From Blastocatellia bacterium (lineage in GTDB: Bacteria > Acidobacteriota > Blastocatellia > RBC074): DNA of 64,000 nucleotides. This document shows, piece after piece, positions 1 to 10,402 of this stretch. The position numbers and the translations under genes were made by a program. The notes under the pieces were generated by a model, which saw only the letters and a list, made by a program, of their open reading frames with translations, was not told the DNA's origin and made no database searches. The first letter of the stretch is position 1; every line of letters begins with the position of its first letter. The stretch spans positions 3,723 through 67,722 of the forward strand of contig JAYTCQ010000354.1 of assembly GCA_043736395.1 (NCBI GenBank), written 5' to 3'.

Positions 1-50
1 AATAAGGGAGAATTGGTGCACAAAAATGTTCATAGACTAAAAATAAAATT
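1..50. repeat. Copy 1 of a conserved ~48-nt intergenic motif (aaTAAGGGAGAATTGGTGCaCAAAAaTGTTCATaGACTAAAAAtaa) with a GTTCATGAAC-like palindromic core.
   Basis: Direct alignment by eye to copies at 3789-3836 and 10403-10450 (~85% identity). Lies 3' of the OMT gene at the window edge. Confidence 0.6.
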
Positions 51-116
51 CATGCGAGGCATGCGCAGTGCCTGTGAGCGCAGGCGCGGCGCGGCCCGCA
101 TCAAAATGACTTGGTT

Positions 117-1166
117 CTAACTTGGTTTGCCTTCGACAACGCTGACAGTTGATGGCGTGGGCGTGATGGATCTCAGTTGAAATCCCGCCTGCGCTAACAA
201 CTGTTCATACTCTTCTGCCGTGCGTTCAATACCACCGGGAAGCGTCATCATTGCCATATCAAAATCTTTCGCCAGGGAAGGATCGTTCCCGGTTGGCACG
301 ACAGCTTCGACAAGTAAGAGCCTGCCGTTGTTTGGAATAACGCTCCGACAATGACTCAGAATTTGAACGCATTGTTCGTCTGTCCAATCGTGAATGATAT
401 GGCGGAATACATAAGCATCCGCGCCGCTGGGAATGGACTCAAAAAAACTTCCTTCAATGACTGTACAGCGGTCGCTCAAACCGTTAGCCTGCACATTGTC
501 GCGCGCCCGTCCGATGACATGACCGAGGTCAAACAGGATGCCTTTCATGGCGGAATAACGTTGCAGTACGGCGCTAATTAATGATCCATTGCCGCCACCA
601 ATATCAGCTAAAACTTCAATGCCACTGAAGTCGTAGGCCTCAAGCATCGCGCCGGTTTCGTATCCGTGGATCGCCGTCATCCCCGCATCAAAAATCGGGC
701 CAAGCTCGGGATGCGTTCCGATGTAATCGAAAATCGGTTGTCCGAATACTTTATTGAAGCCGGGTTCCCCCGTGAGGGCCGAATGATGCAGGCCGTCCCA
801 AGCCGAAAACATGCGATGCATCATTTGCCCGGCAGCGCGGAATGAATTCTCGGCTTCAGTCCTGAGACAGCTTGAAAGCGGCGTGTGATCAAACTGGTGC
901 GGGCTAACTTCTTGAAACAATCCGTGGCTCGCCATGAATCGCAGGAGGCGATAGAGCGAACGTTCGTGCGTGCCTGTCGCGCGGGCGAGCGCTTCGACTG
1001 ATTGAGGTATACCTGCCTCAATTGCATCGGCAACACCCAGTTCAGCAACGGTGCTAAGAGCGCGACTGAGCGCAGCACTGAACATGATCTGCGTTAATTT
1101 TTCAGTTTCTATCTGTGCCATTTTATTTCCCTTTCGAGTGTTATAAACGTTCTGCTTCAACCACAC
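117..1166 (-). CDS. Class I SAM-dependent O-methyltransferase (Methyltransf_2 family with N-terminal dimerisation/winged-helix domain).
   Basis: 349 aa; 'LADIGGGNGSLISAVLQRY' glycine-rich SAM-binding motif I; N-terminal helix-turn-helix-like dimerisation region typical of plant/bacterial OMTs. Confidence 0.75.
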   Translation of the reverse strand: MWLKQNVYNTRKGNKMAQIETEKLTQIMFSAALSRALSTVAELGVADAIEAGIPQSVEALARATGTHERSLYRLLRFMASHGLFQEVSPHQFDHTPLSSCLRTEAENSFRAAGQMMHRMFSAWDGLHHSALTGEPGFNKVFGQPIFDYIGTHPELGPIFDAGMTAIHGYETGAMLEAYDFSGIEVLADIGGGNGSLISAVLQRYSAMKGILFDLGHVIGRARDNVQANGLSDRCTVIEGSFFESIPSGADAYVFRHIIHDWTDEQCVQILSHCRSVIPNNGRLLLVEAVVPTGNDPSLAKDFDMAMMTLPGGIERTAEEYEQLLAQAGFQLRSITPTPSTVSVVEGKPS

Positions 1167-1353
1167 TCATTGGCGAAGGTATCGGAACGATGTGGGTTAG
1201 TTTGAATCCGGCAGCGACGAGCAACAACGTCATCTGGCATCCAATATGATCGGCGAGTTCGAGTTGATGCGTTTCATAAGCAATCTCCTTGTTACTCGAA
1301 TTGCGGTTAATTAGCGGCGGCGAATGCAATTATTCACCGCCGCCAGATGCATT

Positions 1354-1860
1354 CTATTTTTTCGGCGATGCGGATTTCGTGACCTGTGTGCGCACGACTT
1401 GCCATTTTCCATTTCGCTTCAACCAAATATCGGTGTAGATATAATGTCCACTGTTGTCTTTGCCCTGATATTGGCTTTTCTCGGTCTGACCGTAGGTGGC
1501 GATGGCAGCGTCACTGACCACTTTGACCTTAAGATTGTCGAGTTCGAGCGCAGTGAATTTGTAGCTCCCTGATTTAAACATCTCCACGACCTGCGCCTTC
1601 GTTTCGATCTCACCCATTGGATCAATAAACGTAAAGTCGTCTGCTGTAATGCGCTCCGAAAATGCCACATCGCCTTTGAGAATGGCGGTCGTCCAATCCT
1701 GTTCCAGCTTGGTGATTAGTTGCTCGGCGTTTTCGGTTGGCGTGGCCGCTGCTGATGCAGAGGCTGCGGCAGTTGCGGTCGTTTTTTGATCCGGAGCAGC
1801 GCAGCTAGTAAGGGCCAGGGCTGCAACGAAAAACATCATAATGCTGATCATTCGTCTCAT
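1354..1860 (-). CDS. Secreted lipoprotein, DUF4440/SnoaL-like (NTF2 fold); paralog of 5130-5630.
   Basis: Signal peptide with lipobox-like 'LTSCAAP'. C-terminal '...SGHYIYTDIWLKRNGKWQVV' aligns with the same motif in the 5130-5630 product. Confidence 0.55.
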   Translation of the reverse strand: MRRMISIMMFFVAALALTSCAAPDQKTTATAAASASAAATPTENAEQLITKLEQDWTTAILKGDVAFSERITADDFTFIDPMGEIETKAQVVEMFKSGSYKFTALELDNLKVKVVSDAAIATYGQTEKSQYQGKDNSGHYIYTDIWLKRNGKWQVVRTQVTKSASPKK

Positions 1861-1958
1861 TGGGACTCTCCTTATTCATTCGTCTCGTTGAAATATTGCC
1901 GCCGCCAACGCCAGTCAGCGGCGACGTGATTTGCAATGGGGTGAGGACTGATTTACAA

Positions 1959-2279
1959 CTACTGTCCAGGTGCGCGATAACTGACCGTCTTCTTCGCTGC
2001 CTCGTCAATTTCTTCGGCAGTCAGCAGCACCGTCACTTTGATGGCGACTGCCCCGGCGGCGTTAACAAACATCGAGAGCGCAGCGGCAGTGACGTTGTCC
2101 GGCAGATCCGCGATGACATAGACATCAGTATCGCCAAAGGCATAGTAGAAAGCCTCTACAGTGCCGCCGACAGAACCAAGCAATGCCTCAATCGCAGCAC
2201 GGCGACTGGTGCCTCCTTCTTTAAGCAGTCCTTTTACTCCCGCTCCGGCGTAGTTGCCTTGAATTAAATATTTGGCCAT
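1959..2279 (-). CDS. GYD-domain protein.
   Basis: 106 aa; 'MAKYLIQGNYAGAGVKGLLKEGGTSRRAA...GDTDVYVIADLPDNVTAAALSM' matches GYD family pattern. Confidence 0.6.
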   Translation of the reverse strand: MAKYLIQGNYAGAGVKGLLKEGGTSRRAAIEALLGSVGGTVEAFYYAFGDTDVYVIADLPDNVTAAALSMFVNAAGAVAIKVTVLLTAEEIDEAAKKTVSYRAPGQ

Positions 2280-2309
2280 TACGATTTCCTCCTTATTGGT
2301 TGATTGTGA

Positions 2310-3737
2310 TTACCTTTTTTGTCCACTGTTCATCGCTACAGAAGGTTTTGCCTCTTGCGTGTAGTCAATAAAGCACGCCAGCATTTCGTCATACGTCGGG
2401 TCGCCCCAACGAACGGCTTTGGTTGGGTCAGGGTTGAATTTATTTTTCGCGGAATTATCAAACCAGCCTGTGACCAGAAAGGTTGTGCCTTTCGGAATCA
2501 TCAGCGGCTGCTTCAGCACATAGCTTGTCTGCCACGAAAAATCATAGCGCGGGACGTTCAGCAACATCTCTTTGCGGCCATCGGGATACGCGGCTTCGAT
2601 CTGCATCGCCGCGCCGCGAAAGTGCATGTGCGGCATGAGCGTCGTGAGCTTGATGTCGTTTGGAGCAGTCCAGCAGGCGCTCACTTGATGACGCTCTGCG
2701 CCCGGTGCAATTTTCATATACGCGTTGTAAATTAATTCTGTGCTGAGCAATTTGGCGGGCGGCGCTTTCGCAAAAACAAGGCCGACGCTCGAACGATCTG
2801 TCTGCACAGAACCGGCAGTCTTGTTGTAATGCACCTGAAAAATGAGCGTTGATCCGGCGGGGATTTTCTTTGCTACATTTGGTTCCATGACATCGGGGTT
2901 GCGACCTGGTGCCCACTCCGTCAAAAGGATAGAAATAGGGTCTCGCTTGCTGGTATTGAGCATTGTCCCGCCGCCACCGTTTGGCAACGCACATCCATCG
3001 TTGTAGACCGGAGCATCCATCTTTATGCGTCGCAGGAATCCGTCATCGTAACGAATGCTTTCTTTCGCTTGTTGCGCGCGGAGCTTCGCCAATTCTTCCT
3101 TGCTCATCTTGGGCGCGTCGGCAGGAGCAGGAGGACGAACGAAAACCACTACGTGATGCACGACTTTGCGATTGCCGGGACGCGCTTCGATCGCCCGCAC
3201 GTATTTATCTTCGGTGAAGCCGGTGGGAACTTCGAAGTATTGATATTCATCCGGCCCGCTGGCTTCGACCGTGTAAGGTTCCGGCATGCTCAGCACGACA
3301 TCAGGCTGACCAATGCCCCATCCTTCGACGAACTTCGGAACAGGCGGTAAATCTTTCGCTACGCCTTCGCCTGCGCCGCCCTCTACCCATGCGGTGATGG
3401 TGTCAATTTCTGATTGTGACAGACGGCGTTCATTTTTAAATTGTCCGAAATGCGGATCAGCATGCCAGGGCGGCATGGTGCGATTCACGACTTTTTCGCA
3501 GATGGATTTCGCCCACGGACGCGCGTCTTTGTAACTTAACACAGAGAACGGTGCGGCTTCGCCAGGACGATGACATTCAGCGCAATTTTTGAAAAAGATT
3601 GGCGCGATGTCTTTGTTGAAGGTAATGTTTTTTGCCGGTGCTTTTGTTCCGCTGGCGTGACTGGTATGCAAGATACTGAACACGGCAACGAACAATGACA
3701 AGGCGATGGTGGTGATGCGAATTGATTTCATAGCCAT
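2310..3737 (-). CDS. Secreted cytochrome c domain (CxxCH) fused to a copper type II ascorbate-dependent-monooxygenase-like (PHM/DBH fold) domain.
   Basis: Signal peptide; 'CAECH' heme-binding motif followed by '...MPPW' as in Planctomycete-type cytochrome c domains. C-terminal paired His motifs 'HHVVVF', 'HYN', 'MPHMHFRGAAM' resemble Cu2 monooxygenase copper ligands. Confidence 0.5.
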   Translation of the reverse strand: MAMKSIRITTIALSLFVAVFSILHTSHASGTKAPAKNITFNKDIAPIFFKNCAECHRPGEAAPFSVLSYKDARPWAKSICEKVVNRTMPPWHADPHFGQFKNERRLSQSEIDTITAWVEGGAGEGVAKDLPPVPKFVEGWGIGQPDVVLSMPEPYTVEASGPDEYQYFEVPTGFTEDKYVRAIEARPGNRKVVHHVVVFVRPPAPADAPKMSKEELAKLRAQQAKESIRYDDGFLRRIKMDAPVYNDGCALPNGGGGTMLNTSKRDPISILLTEWAPGRNPDVMEPNVAKKIPAGSTLIFQVHYNKTAGSVQTDRSSVGLVFAKAPPAKLLSTELIYNAYMKIAPGAERHQVSACWTAPNDIKLTTLMPHMHFRGAAMQIEAAYPDGRKEMLLNVPRYDFSWQTSYVLKQPLMIPKGTTFLVTGWFDNSAKNKFNPDPTKAVRWGDPTYDEMLACFIDYTQEAKPSVAMNSGQKR

Positions 3738-3788
3738 ACTGCTCCTTTTGCTGGTCTATTAACTTCACATAAATCATTGCGCTCCATG

Positions 3789-3836
3789 AGTAAGGGAGAA
3801 TTGGCGCGCAAAAGTGTTCATGAACTAAAAAATAAG
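3789..3836. repeat. Copy 2 of the conserved 48-nt intergenic motif, about 80 nt upstream of the 2310-3737 start (on the opposite strand).
   Basis: agTAAGGGAGAATTGGCGCGCAAAAGTGTTCATGAACTAAAAAATAAG; perfect palindrome GTTCATGAAC. Confidence 0.6.
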
Positions 3837-3905
3837 TTGAGCAGACTAAAACTCTCTCAACAAAATCTGGGAATCATTTGAAACAATGTTTCCTAATTTT
3901 CCCCC

Positions 3906-3958
3906 ATAAAAAACCCCTGGCAGTAGTTCACCTAATTAAGGGGAGCTACTGCCAGGGG
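3906..3958 (-). terminator. Rho-independent terminator of the M43 protease gene.
   Basis: Perfect 13-bp inverted repeat cccctggcagtag / ctactgccagggg (3914-3926 / 3946-3958), followed on the minus strand by UUUUUUAU. Confidence 0.6.
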
Positions 3959-3996
3959 AGTAGACGTGATCAAAAATAATATAGTACTTTTTCTAA

Positions 3997-4977
3997 CTAT
4001 TTCCCAAACCGATATTGCACCCATTGAGATTGCATGCGCGATGCCTGTCCAGCCGTGAACGTAAACATGCAGGCATCATCCGTGTAATCCATAAAATTCG
4101 TAATTGGATCGAGGCCTGCGATGGCTGTGCAGGTATCTCTTCCCGTCGGACAACCGAAGGCAGAAGATTTTTCCGCAGCCGTATCACCCACTAAATCACC
4201 ACCAGTATCAGCTTGTCTGGCGCATCCGCCCTGGAAGGTATGATAAAGCCCCAGCCAGTGACCCACTTCATGCGTACCCGTGTCGCCCAAATTGTAGGGA
4301 GCAGCAGCCCCACCCGGCAACGACGAATAAAGACACACAACGCCATCTTTGCTGGAGGCGCTGGCATAACTGGACGGGAAGGTCGCCCAGCCGAGCAATC
4401 CTCCGCCAGGATTGCTGGTGTAGAAATTCAGGTCATCCGCTGTTCCCTGGCGAAGTGCAGTTTTCATTTCAGTTTCCGCCGTAGTGCCGGGGCCAGCCGT
4501 AAACCAAGTGTCATTGGCAGAGGTGTCTACCGAAACTAAATTAAATTGAAACCCTTGATTTGAATAAGCTGCATTCAACACAGCAATCTGACTACTAATC
4601 TGCTGCGTTGTGGGGGCACCTTGCCCAGTGGTGTTCGTAATAACGTGAAAATAAACATTGATGATGGGGGGCACAAAAGTTCCGCCGCCACCACCTCCAC
4701 CGCCAGGAGGCTTGGCATTGGCTCCACTTGAACCTTTCTGCGCATCTGGGTCATCTTGACGCGTTCCGCAACGTAGTCCGGCATCTACAAATGCTTGTTG
4801 CGAAGTGTAATGTGTCCCGTCTGGCCCGATGAAGGTTCCATCGGGTTGATGTCCTGGTCGCTGTAGTTGGCCTCGTCCTTGTACTTGCGCACTAACGCTT
4901 TGGAAGTAATACCCGCTGAACGCAAGGATCAAGCCCAAACTTACTACCGCACATGCGAATAGCATTTTTTTGTTCAT
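3997..4977 (-). CDS. Secreted zinc metalloprotease, metzincin (M43/ulilysin-pappalysin-like).
   Basis: Signal peptide; '[13 protein letters not shown]' HExxHxxGxxH motif; Gly8 linker; C-terminal Cys-rich region; paralog of 8543-9511. Confidence 0.7.
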   Translation of the reverse strand: MNKKMLFACAVVSLGLILAFSGYYFQSVSAQVQGRGQLQRPGHQPDGTFIGPDGTHYTSQQAFVDAGLRCGTRQDDPDAQKGSSGANAKPPGGGGGGGGTFVPPIINVYFHVITNTTGQGAPTTQQISSQIAVLNAAYSNQGFQFNLVSVDTSANDTWFTAGPGTTAETEMKTALRQGTADDLNFYTSNPGGGLLGWATFPSSYASASSKDGVVCLYSSLPGGAAAPYNLGDTGTHEVGHWLGLYHTFQGGCARQADTGGDLVGDTAAEKSSAFGCPTGRDTCTAIAGLDPITNFMDYTDDACMFTFTAGQASRMQSQWVQYRFGK

Positions 4978-5129
4978 TGCTTTTTCTCCTAAGATCTAAT
5001 ATCTAATTTTCTAGGTTAGGAAATCGTGTGAGTGATTTTCCAGAAATGGTGTTGATTTAATCTAGCATACTCAAAACCTCATTGCATACCACAACCTACA
5101 TTTCACAAAAGTTTACGAACTCTTTAATA

Positions 5130-5630
5130 TTACTTTTGCGCGAAACGGCTGGTATGAGAAGCGACCGCCTGCCAGCGCCCATTGCGCTTCGTAAATATAT
5201 CCGTCCAGACATAATGACCGCTGGTATCTTTGCCTTTAAAACGGCTCTTTTCCGTGTTCCCTCCGGTCACGATGCCTACGTCACCAAAGACGCGCACTTT
5301 CAGCGGATCGAGCGTGTAAGAATCAAGCTGAGAGTCTGGTGCCAGATTAGCAACCAGGCTTTCGGCTTTCGTGTAGCTTTTGCCATCCCACGAAATGCCA
5401 ACCCAGTCGTCGGCCAGAAGGCCTTCCAGCTTGGTTTTATCCTTGTTTTTATTCGCTTCAATCCAGTCGCGCTCCAGTTGTGTCAGCGCCTTCTCGATGT
5501 CGGCGGAGCTTTCTGCCGGGACTGACGGAGAAGCCGCCACAGTCTTTGTGGCAGTATTATCGCTGGTTGCGCAGGCGATGAATGACAGAGCGAAAACAGT
5601 CAGGGCGATAGTGCTTAATATGCGTTTCAT
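5130..5630 (-). CDS. Secreted lipoprotein, DUF4440/SnoaL-like; paralog of 1354-1860.
   Basis: Lipobox 'FIACATS'; '...SGHYVWTDIFTKRNGRWQAV' shared with the 1354-1860 product. Confidence 0.55.
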   Translation of the reverse strand: MKRILSTIALTVFALSFIACATSDNTATKTVAASPSVPAESSADIEKALTQLERDWIEANKNKDKTKLEGLLADDWVGISWDGKSYTKAESLVANLAPDSQLDSYTLDPLKVRVFGDVGIVTGGNTEKSRFKGKDTSGHYVWTDIFTKRNGRWQAVASHTSRFAQK

Positions 5631-5692
5631 AATGCAATTCTCCTTTAGGGTGCGGGGCTTGCTTGCGCAGCACGGTTGTTCAGTTAATGGTT

Positions 5693-6580
5693 TTATTTCG
5701 CTTGCGATAATTCGGCGTAGAAACGGTCGAGTTGCTCGCCATTAAAACCAAATTGCCAGCCAAGATCATCTGTCTTGAGTTGGGAGAGCAACTGCTCTTT
5801 GGGAACGCCTTGCTTGACCAAACCCATCGCGCGCGAAATCAGCGTATCCATCTTGGTCTTGAACTCTTCCAGGTCGGCTCTGTTGATCATGGGGCCGTGG
5901 CTTGGCACTGCCACGTCGAAATCCAGTTTTAGAATCTGTGCTAACACCGGGCCCCAATTCACTAGGCTCCCGCCGCCAGCAAAATCGGGAGCGGGCGTGT
6001 TCGGGGTGAACAACTCTCCGACGGCGACGACTTTCAAGTTGGGGAAGTACACCACCGTATCGCCATTGGTATGGGCATTGCCAAAATGCTTAAGCTGCGC
6101 TTCGACGCCACCTAACCGCATGGTGAAATCCTTAGCATATGTGAAGGTTGGCAATGTGATCTTTCCATCGGAAGGAGGGTTGGCCGTCAAGTTCTGTTTG
6201 ACGTTTTCCTGCGCGATGATCTGCACGCCCGCCGTCAGGAATTTCGCATTGTTGCCAGTGTGATCTTCGTGGTGATCAGTAACAATGATGCCACGCACGG
6301 GCAAGTCTGAGATTTTCGAGATTTTTCGCACCTGCGACATCAGCGCGCGGTAATTGTCTGGCGACTTGCCATCTACCAGAATCAATCCATTCGCGCTGAA
6401 ACGCAGCAACGTATTGCCACCGCCGCCGGAGATCAGGTACAGCCCTGTCTTGACTAACTGGGCGGTCATCGTCACCTCGTTGGCGCTTTTCCCCGGCACT
6501 TGCGAGTTTTGTGCTGAAGCGGTGGCGACCATCGCCAGCAAAAAAATGACACCCCACTTATAAGTCGGAATTGTTTTCAT
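5693..6580 (-). CDS. Secreted metallo-beta-lactamase-fold hydrolase.
   Basis: Signal peptide; 'TDHHEDHTGN' HxHxDH zinc motif. Confidence 0.7.
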   Translation of the reverse strand: MKTIPTYKWGVIFLLAMVATASAQNSQVPGKSANEVTMTAQLVKTGLYLISGGGGNTLLRFSANGLILVDGKSPDNYRALMSQVRKISKISDLPVRGIIVTDHHEDHTGNNAKFLTAGVQIIAQENVKQNLTANPPSDGKITLPTFTYAKDFTMRLGGVEAQLKHFGNAHTNGDTVVYFPNLKVVAVGELFTPNTPAPDFAGGGSLVNWGPVLAQILKLDFDVAVPSHGPMINRADLEEFKTKMDTLISRAMGLVKQGVPKEQLLSQLKTDDLGWQFGFNGEQLDRFYAELSQAK

Positions 6581-6625
6581 ATAAGCCTCGGAAGGTAAAA
6601 ATCAGTATGCAGTTTTGCTTAAGAG

Positions 6626-6659
6626 TAGCTCCGCAGTCTTTGCAGACTGCGGAGCTACA
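6626..6659 (-). terminator. Probable terminator hairpin after the PQQ-propeller gene.
   Basis: Perfect 15-bp inverted repeat gtagctccgcagtct-ttgc-agactgcggagctac. U-tract on the minus strand is weak. Confidence 0.45.
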
Positions 6660-6674
6660 GTGATCTATCGGCTG

Positions 6675-8300
6675 TTAGTTTCCGTTCAGTGAAAAGGCGT
6701 AGAACTTGTTGTTCCCCGTGTAGCCCGGTATGCCCAGATGGGCGTACCCGGCCCCCCAGAACACTGTGCCGTTCACGATGGTGGCCCCGGCGTTCACGGA
6801 TGATCCCCCGATAAAGTTCCAAAGGATATTTCCTGTGGCGGCATTCAACGCAAACATAGTTGGAGTGCTCGCATCGCCTGCCATGGAGGCTGCATACACG
6901 ACTCCATTGGCCACGGACATGGGGCCGAGGTCAATTGCGCCGTTGGGGTCTGGTCTGTGCCAGAGAATCACGCCCGTAGCAGGATCAAGCGCAGCCCAGG
7001 AACCCGCATAACCGCCTGCCGGGGAAGGAAGACCATAAAAATTAGCGAGCTGCACATAGATTCGCTTGCCATCCGTTGCTGATCCCCATTCCATGCCGCC
7101 TAAAGAAGACCCCGGTCCAACCTGCGTTTGCCACAGTGTGTCACCGGTCTTTGGATCAAGTGCGAAGTAGATGCCGCTTTTCTGCCCCGCGCCGAGAATC
7201 GTCTTAGGCCCCTTGGAGGTTTGGTATGTGATTAAGTTTGGGGCAGAGGCGAAATCGTAGTCAGGGCCAGAATTGGTTGGACAATTCGTAAACGGTGGGA
7301 TAAAACAGGCCACGTTCCAGTCGTCACTGCCGTCTATCACACCAACGGCCGTCTGATTCCACGTTACAAACTTCTTTGCCCATTTCAGCTTACCGTTCCC
7401 CGTATCCAGCGCAATGACCGAATCCACGTAATTGTCGGGAGCATTGCACGAGGCCGCGTTGCCTCCTTGAGCAATACAGTCCCCATAGTTCGTGCCTGGG
7501 ATACTCGATTTAGCTTCGGGTTTCGGATGGCTGTAGTTGTTTCCGGTACTGACAAAGATCGTGTTGTTGTTTGCGTCCACAACCGGATTGCTGCCCCAGA
7601 CGCCGCCGCCACTGTATCCTTGGGGAACAGTATAGGTCTGCCATTTAATCTTGCCGGTGGCAGCATTGACAGCAACCACACTGCCTCTGGCCTTACAGCA
7701 CTGGAAGGCCGGATTAAAACCTGCGATGCCTTCTTCCAACGATGCCACACCCGTATATACAGTACCGCCGACCACCGTCGGGGAAGTTGTAATGAGCGCA
7801 AAGGGATCATTCGCTGGCGATTCCAGTTGTGTTTTCCAGACCAATGCTCCTGTCGTTGCATTGATTGCCAGCAACCAGGCTCCTTCCTGGGTGCCGAGAT
7901 ACAACGTGCCATTCACCACGGCTGGGGTGGTACGGGAGTGCGTGATTCCAGGCAAGCCGTAATCGGAAAGCTGATGCGACCAAAGCGCGTGCCCATTAGC
8001 AGTATTCAACGCAAACAGATTGCCGCCCCAGTCGGGGAAATAGGCAACACCATTCACGACAGCGGCGCGGGCTGACACATCGCCTCCAGTAGTAAATGTC
8101 CACTTCGGTAGCAGTTGACTCACGTTAGCAGTTGAGATGGTCGTTTCCGTCGCATTGGTCGCGGTATTCGACGCATTTTGCCCAAACATAGGCCAATCGG
8201 CAGTCTTTGGTTGAGCGATTGCTGCCCCAAAGCTGCATAACATTAAGAATCCGGCGATGAACCTTATTGAGTGTTCACGAGAACGTAGAAGGTTGTTCAT
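6675..8300 (-). CDS. Secreted PQQ-like beta-propeller repeat protein.
   Basis: Signal peptide; repeated '...G.(V/L)YA.....G.L.ALNA.TG..LW' blades (e.g. 'NLFALNTANGHALW', 'LLAINATTGALVW', 'VVAVNAATGKIKW', 'MFALNAATGNILW'). Confidence 0.6.
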   Translation of the reverse strand: MNNLLRSREHSIRFIAGFLMLCSFGAAIAQPKTADWPMFGQNASNTATNATETTISTANVSQLLPKWTFTTGGDVSARAAVVNGVAYFPDWGGNLFALNTANGHALWSHQLSDYGLPGITHSRTTPAVVNGTLYLGTQEGAWLLAINATTGALVWKTQLESPANDPFALITTSPTVVGGTVYTGVASLEEGIAGFNPAFQCCKARGSVVAVNAATGKIKWQTYTVPQGYSGGGVWGSNPVVDANNNTIFVSTGNNYSHPKPEAKSSIPGTNYGDCIAQGGNAASCNAPDNYVDSVIALDTGNGKLKWAKKFVTWNQTAVGVIDGSDDWNVACFIPPFTNCPTNSGPDYDFASAPNLITYQTSKGPKTILGAGQKSGIYFALDPKTGDTLWQTQVGPGSSLGGMEWGSATDGKRIYVQLANFYGLPSPAGGYAGSWAALDPATGVILWHRPDPNGAIDLGPMSVANGVVYAASMAGDASTPTMFALNAATGNILWNFIGGSSVNAGATIVNGTVFWGAGYAHLGIPGYTGNNKFYAFSLNGN

Positions 8301-8542
8301 TTTTACTCTCCTGGGTGAAGATTGAACATAATTTCATTGGGAAAAGGGGGGAGTTGAGAATGAATAGTTCACATCTGAAAAATTATTGATTGAGATGAAG
8401 TTAACCAACTTACACTAGTGGAATTTAAGGAAGTTGGCAAGATCACGGTTAAATCAAACTCAGACCGTTTCAATCGGTACCTCAACCCAGACGGTTGACG
8501 CGTGACCAATTGAAACAGTCTGGTGAAAGATTAATTTTTTAC

Positions 8543-9511
8543 TTATTGCCGGTAAGCTACCCACTGCGCATCCATGCGATCTGACTGACCTAGCGTGAGT
8601 TTGAACATGCAGGCATCATCCGTGTAATCCATAAAATTCGTGATCGGATCAAGGCCGGCTGACGTGCAGGTATCTCTTCCGGTCGGACAACCAAACGCAG
8701 AAGATTTTTCCGCCGGCGTATCCGCCACTAAATCACCGCCATTCGTGGTACTGGCGGCGCATCCGCCCTGGAAGGTGTGATAGAGACCCAACCAGTGACC
8801 TACTTCATGCGTACCGGTGTCGCCCAAATTGTAGGGAGCAGCAGTCCCACCCGGCAGCGACGAAAAGAGGCAAACAACGCCATCATTCTTAGGGTTGCTG
8901 ACATAGCTCGACGGGAAGGTCGCCCATCCCAGCAGTCCTCCACCAGGGCTATTGGTGTAGAAGTTCAATGCACCTTTTGTTCCCCTCCGTAGCGCATTTT
9001 TCATCTGTGCTTCGGCTGTCGTTCCAGGCCCAGCCGTAAACCAGGAGTTGTTCACAGTCCTATCCGTGCTAGCAAACTGGAACCGGAACGGCGTATTCGT
9101 ACCGCCCGTTACGCCGGAATAAGCATCATTCAAAACTTTGAGCTGGTTAGTAATCTGTGCATCCGTGACATTTCCCTGTCCTATCGTGTTGGTGATGATG
9201 TGGAAATAGACAGGGATAATGACACTGCCTGCCGCTAATCTAAGTCCTGAATCTATACCGATGTTTTTATTGCCACCGTTCCCACCTTTTTCGGCATCGT
9301 CATCCCGCACGCCGCAACGAAGCCCGGCATCGACAAAATCTTTTTGCGAAACGTAATGTGTTCCGTCTGGCCCGATAAAGGTTCCATCCGGTTGATGTCC
9401 CGGGTGTTCGCTTCGTCCTTGCGCATTAACGCTTTGAAAGTAATATCCACTGATCGCTAAAACAATGATCAGACTGATTGCCGCACAAGCAAATAAAGTT
9501 TTCTTTTTCAT
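8543..9511 (-). CDS. Secreted M43-like zinc metalloprotease (paralog of 3997-4977).
   Basis: Start moved to internal ATG ([14 protein letters not shown]..., signal peptide) preceded by AGGAG. '[17 protein letters not shown]'. Confidence 0.7.
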   Translation of the reverse strand: MKKKTLFACAAISLIIVLAISGYYFQSVNAQGRSEHPGHQPDGTFIGPDGTHYVSQKDFVDAGLRCGVRDDDAEKGGNGGNKNIGIDSGLRLAAGSVIIPVYFHIITNTIGQGNVTDAQITNQLKVLNDAYSGVTGGTNTPFRFQFASTDRTVNNSWFTAGPGTTAEAQMKNALRRGTKGALNFYTNSPGGGLLGWATFPSSYVSNPKNDGVVCLFSSLPGGTAAPYNLGDTGTHEVGHWLGLYHTFQGGCAASTTNGGDLVADTPAEKSSAFGCPTGRDTCTSAGLDPITNFMDYTDDACMFKLTLGQSDRMDAQWVAYRQ

Positions 9512-9678
9512 TGGGGTTCTCCTAATTGGTTTTATATAAGGTCGATTTATTTTCACTCGACCAACGTGAAGTTGAGGGAGGCGGAAACAAGATACTGCCA
9601 AGCAACAATTTTATAAATTACGTTGGTTGAAGATCGCTGTTCCCGCCTGACATCAGAGAATTGTTGATATTTTTTAGC

Positions 9679-10146
9679 TTACCGCTTTGAGGCTAAATTG
9701 GGTTCTAAAACAATCTCGCGCGCCATTCGTTCCGCCAGGACTTCCCGAATTTCAAGCCGTTCGCGGTATCCTTGCCGTTGCTTATCATCGTTGCCGATGA
9801 CGTTTTGCAATAAGGCATCGGTTTTGTCCAAACTTTTCTCATAGGTTGCGAGGTCTTTGTATTCCGTCAAAAGCATTAAGTTAAAGTCAGTTGCGCCGTG
9901 AGCTTCAGTTTGCAAAATCTTGTACGAAATAATTTGCCCATCTTTTTTCAAGGCCTCCTGCTCTCGCTTCCAATCGCCGGCGATGTAGTTTAGATAAGCC
10001 GTTTCCATACCCGGCTTCATGCGAATATATCCGATGCTCCAAACTGTGCCGTTGCGGTAAGGGCGATTGACTTGTGCAAAGACAACGACGCTCAAAGTCA
10101 ATACCAGAGCGACCAGCAAACTGACGAGGATGCGATTCTGTTTCAT
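9679..10146 (-). CDS. Hypothetical secreted/membrane-anchored protein.
   Basis: N-terminal hydrophobic helix; no recognisable motifs. Confidence 0.35.
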   Translation of the reverse strand: MKQNRILVSLLVALVLTLSVVVFAQVNRPYRNGTVWSIGYIRMKPGMETAYLNYIAGDWKREQEALKKDGQIISYKILQTEAHGATDFNLMLLTEYKDLATYEKSLDKTDALLQNVIGNDDKQRQGYRERLEIREVLAERMAREIVLEPNLASKR

Positions 10147-10402
10147 AAAAATATCTCCTGTTGTTTAGCAACGGAGTGCAAGAGCAAATTAGGTTATTTC
10201 GGCTGTCGCCGCACTCGTTTCAAGCGGCAGCCACCAACGATTCAACTTCCACTGGTGAGGTCATTTTCAGTCAAGCTGAGAGCAATAAATTTCTCATTCT
10301 CTTTTCTTGCTAATGGGTAAAGCGTCAGCCGCGACCAAAGTCCCTCACCTACCACTCCGAAAATTCACTAATAAATTATTGCGCCGATTATTGCTCTCAT
10401 TT

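Noticed and set aside
1-50. Interpreting the 48-nt repeat copies as rho-independent terminators.
   Set aside because: The palindromic core is followed by an A-run on the plus strand. On the minus strand the U-run precedes rather than follows the hairpin. Separate proper terminators exist nearby (e.g. 3906-3958).
8461-8522. 14-bp inverted repeat cagaccgtttcaat...attgaaacagtctg after the second M43 protease gene as a terminator.
   Set aside because: The stem is plausible but no U-tract follows on the transcribed strand. It is noted but not reported as a feature.
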